NCBI GenBank assembly: GCA_964565125.1
Contig: CAZMCX010000052.1
Span: 1 to 5,815, forward strand
Direction: 5' to 3'
DNA from: an uncultured archaeon
GTDB lineage: Archaea; Iainarchaeota; Iainarchaeia; Iainarchaeales; 0-14-0-20-30-16
Length of the DNA stretch: 5,815 bases
Shown: positions 4,005 through 5,815 of the stretch, in pieces
Numbering within the stretch: position 1 is the first letter of the stretch
Layout: the number at the start of each line of letters is the position of its first letter
Position numbers and translations under genes: made by a program
The notes under the pieces: generated by a model
Seen by the model: the letters and a program-made list of their open reading frames with translations, nothing else
What the model was told of the DNA's origin: nothing
The model's database searches: none

Positions 4005-5801
4005 ATGCTGTTTTTGGATTTATCTAAAATGCTAGAGGAAATAGAAAAAGAGCCATCTAGGTTGAAAATGATGACTTTGGCCTCGCAAATTCTTGATAAA
4101 ACTAATAAGAAAGAAGTAGATGTACTAATTTATCTTTTATTGGGCCAGTTTGGCGCAACTTATAAAGAAATAGATTTTGGTATAGCTGAAAAAACAATAA
4201 TTTCTGCGCTCTCAAAAGCAACTGGAATAGATAAAGAAAAAATAAATAAAGAGTTAAGAAAATTAGGCGACTTAGGATTAGTTGGAGAACAAATAATTTC
4301 TTCTAAAGTTCAAAAAAGCTTATTCTCAAAAAAACTAATTGTGGCAGAAGTTTATTCTTCTTTTGAAAAGCTTGCAAAAATGGGTGGAAAAGGATCCATA
4401 GCAGATAAAACAAATATCTTGGTTCAAATGATAAATAACGCAAACCCAATAGAAGCAAAATATATTATTAGAATTGCGCAAAAGAACATGCGTTTAGGAT
4501 TAGCCAATTCAACAATAATAGACTCCCTATCTTTGAAATTTTTAAAAGATTATAAAGAAAGCAATTTAGAAGAGTTTGAAAAGCTAAAAGAAGATTATGG
4601 CGAAGATGTTGAAAGATATTTACGCTACAAATTTAAAGAAAAAATAGAGTCTAAATATAATATTTATCCAGACCTTGGAGGCATAGCTAAGAAACTTTTT
4701 GAAAAGGGGTCTAATGGTTTAAGAGATATAGGAATTACTCCTTTTGTCCCGGTTATGCCCGCATTAGCAGAGCGTCTTCCCTCAATTGGAAAGATAATAG
4801 AAAAATTAGGTAAATCTATTGTTGAGCCAAAATTTGATGGATTTAGATTACAATGCCATTATGATGGTAAGGAAGTGAAATTATTTACTAGAAACTTAGA
4901 AGATATGAGTGAAATCTTTCCTGATGCTGTAGAAACAATAAAAAAATCTGTAAAAAAGTATCCAATAATTTTTGAATGCGAAGCAATAGGCTATAATGAA
5001 AAAGAAGATAAGTATTATCCATTCCAAGTTACAATGAAAAGAAAAAGAAAATATGATATTCCCGGAGTCTCTAAACAAATTCCTTTGCGTTTAGTTGTTT
5101 TTGATATAATGTATCTGAAAGGTAGCTTAATAGATAAACCACTTTTAGAAAGAAAGCAAATTCTTGAAAATGCAATGACCCCAAACAAAAATTTAATTTT
5201 CCCTGAAAATATATATACTGATGACGTCCCTAGAATCCAGAAGTTTTTTGAAAGAGTTTTGTCTGAGGGTAATGAAGGAATTATGTTAAAAGATCCAAAT
5301 GCAATTTATACTGCGGGGGCAAGAAAATTTGCCTGGGTGAAATATAAAAAATCTTATAGTTCAAGAGCTAAAGACACATTAGATTTATTAGTCATGGGGT
5401 ATTTTTCTGGAAAAGGTCAGAGATCAAAGTTTGGCATTGGCGCCTTATTAGTCGGAAGTTATAATGAAAAAGAAAATAGATATGAATCGATAGCAAAATT
5501 GGGTTCTGGGCTTACAGAGGAAAACCTTGAAAGTCTACAAAAAGCGCTTTCTGAAATAAAAGAAACGGAAAAGCCCAAAGAGTATGTTTCTGGAATAAAT
5601 CCTCATGTTTGGGTTAGACCAAAATATGTTGTGGAAGTATTATATGACGAAATTACAAAAAGCCCAACACATCTGTGCGCTAAAGATGAAATGGGCGGAT
5701 TGGCATTGAGATTCCCGAGACTAATAAAAATAAGATCTGATAAAAATAAAGTCCAAACTAGCACAACAAAAGAAGTACTTGAATTGTTCAAATCACAATA
5801 A
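4005..5801 (+). CDS. lig: ATP-dependent DNA ligase (archaeal/eukaryotic Lig1 family; DNA-binding, adenylation and OB domains all present)
   Basis: All nucleotidyltransferase motifs are visible:
- I: EPK(276)FDGFR, with the Lys codon at nt 4830-4832.
- III: FECEAIGY.
- IIIa: LVVFDIMYLKG.
- IV: EGIMLKD.
- V: AWVKYKK.
- VI: LRFPRLIKIRSDK.

The N-terminus MLFLDLSKMLEEIEKEPSRLK aligns from residue 1 with Pyrococcus-type ligases as I recall them (MRYLELAQLYQKLEKTT...). Confidence 0.97.
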   Translation: MLFLDLSKMLEEIEKEPSRLKMMTLASQILDKTNKKEVDVLIYLLLGQFGATYKEIDFGIAEKTIISALSKATGIDKEKINKELRKLGDLGLVGEQIISSKVQKSLFSKKLIVAEVYSSFEKLAKMGGKGSIADKTNILVQMINNANPIEAKYIIRIAQKNMRLGLANSTIIDSLSLKFLKDYKESNLEEFEKLKEDYGEDVERYLRYKFKEKIESKYNIYPDLGGIAKKLFEKGSNGLRDIGITPFVPVMPALAERLPSIGKIIEKLGKSIVEPKFDGFRLQCHYDGKEVKLFTRNLEDMSEIFPDAVETIKKSVKKYPIIFECEAIGYNEKEDKYYPFQVTMKRKRKYDIPGVSKQIPLRLVVFDIMYLKGSLIDKPLLERKQILENAMTPNKNLIFPENIYTDDVPRIQKFFERVLSEGNEGIMLKDPNAIYTAGARKFAWVKYKKSYSSRAKDTLDLLVMGYFSGKGQRSKFGIGALLVGSYNEKENRYESIAKLGSGLTEENLESLQKALSEIKETEKPKEYVSGINPHVWVRPKYVVEVLYDEITKSPTHLCAKDEMGGLALRFPRLIKIRSDKNKVQTSTTKEVLELFKSQ

Positions 5802-5815
5802 CACTGCCACAATCT

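Noticed and set aside
3992-4031. Second TATA-like string CTTTATATTATAT directly abutting the ligase ATG, which could imply a start at Met9 (ATG 4029)
   Set aside because: The N-terminus from Met1 aligns residue for residue with the N-termini of archaeal ligases, and the 3977-3982 box has the same spacing as the other three promoters. This string is probably just an AT-rich initially-transcribed or melted region.
4896-5812. Minus-strand ORFs 4896-5078 (60 aa) and 5603-5812 (69 aa) inside the ligase gene
   Set aside because: They are antisense to an unambiguous ligase CDS that carries all six nucleotidyltransferase motifs. They have no independent support.
1-5815. Searched for tRNA/rRNA genes, CRISPR repeats, IS/transposase or integrase genes, and toxin-antitoxin or defence-system signatures
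   Set aside because: None found. The intergenic spacers are 23-125 nt and contain no cloverleaf-capable sequence, there are no regularly spaced repeats, and all five ORFs are accounted for by the calls above.

Overview
This is a strongly AT-rich, tightly packed window (composition judged by eye, not computed). It holds five protein genes, all on the + strand, and I could find no rRNA or tRNA genes, CRISPR array or recognisable mobile element.

The genes in order are:
1. 9-914: a single-domain T2SSF (TadB/C / FlaJ-PilC-like) membrane platform protein of a type IV filament system.
2. 978-2330: a 450-aa thymidylate-synthase-like protein. Its ThyA core sits between an MtrA-like N-terminal module and a DUF4346-like C-terminal tail.
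3. 2384-3265: an orphan lysine-rich coiled-coil protein with a beta-rich C-terminal domain.
4. 3289-3879: a minimal 196-aa M50 / site-2-protease-family membrane metalloprotease.
5. 4005-5801: a full-length ATP-dependent DNA ligase of the archaeal/eukaryotic Lig1 type.

Four of the five starts have a TATA-like box centred about 25-28 nt upstream and no Shine-Dalgarno motif. The oligo-T tracts behave as expected for archaeal terminators. Together with the gene content, this points to an archaeal host with leaderless transcripts, possibly a small-genome DPANN-like lineage. That host assignment is inference only.

I see no clear multi-gene novel system. The items most worth follow-up are:
- the tripartite ThyA architecture;
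- the orphan coiled-coil protein lying between two DNA-metabolism genes;
- perfect dyads centred on the TATA boxes of the thyA-like and lig genes;
- a 14-bp exact direct repeat bracketing a two-hairpin module in the only expanded intergenic spacer.
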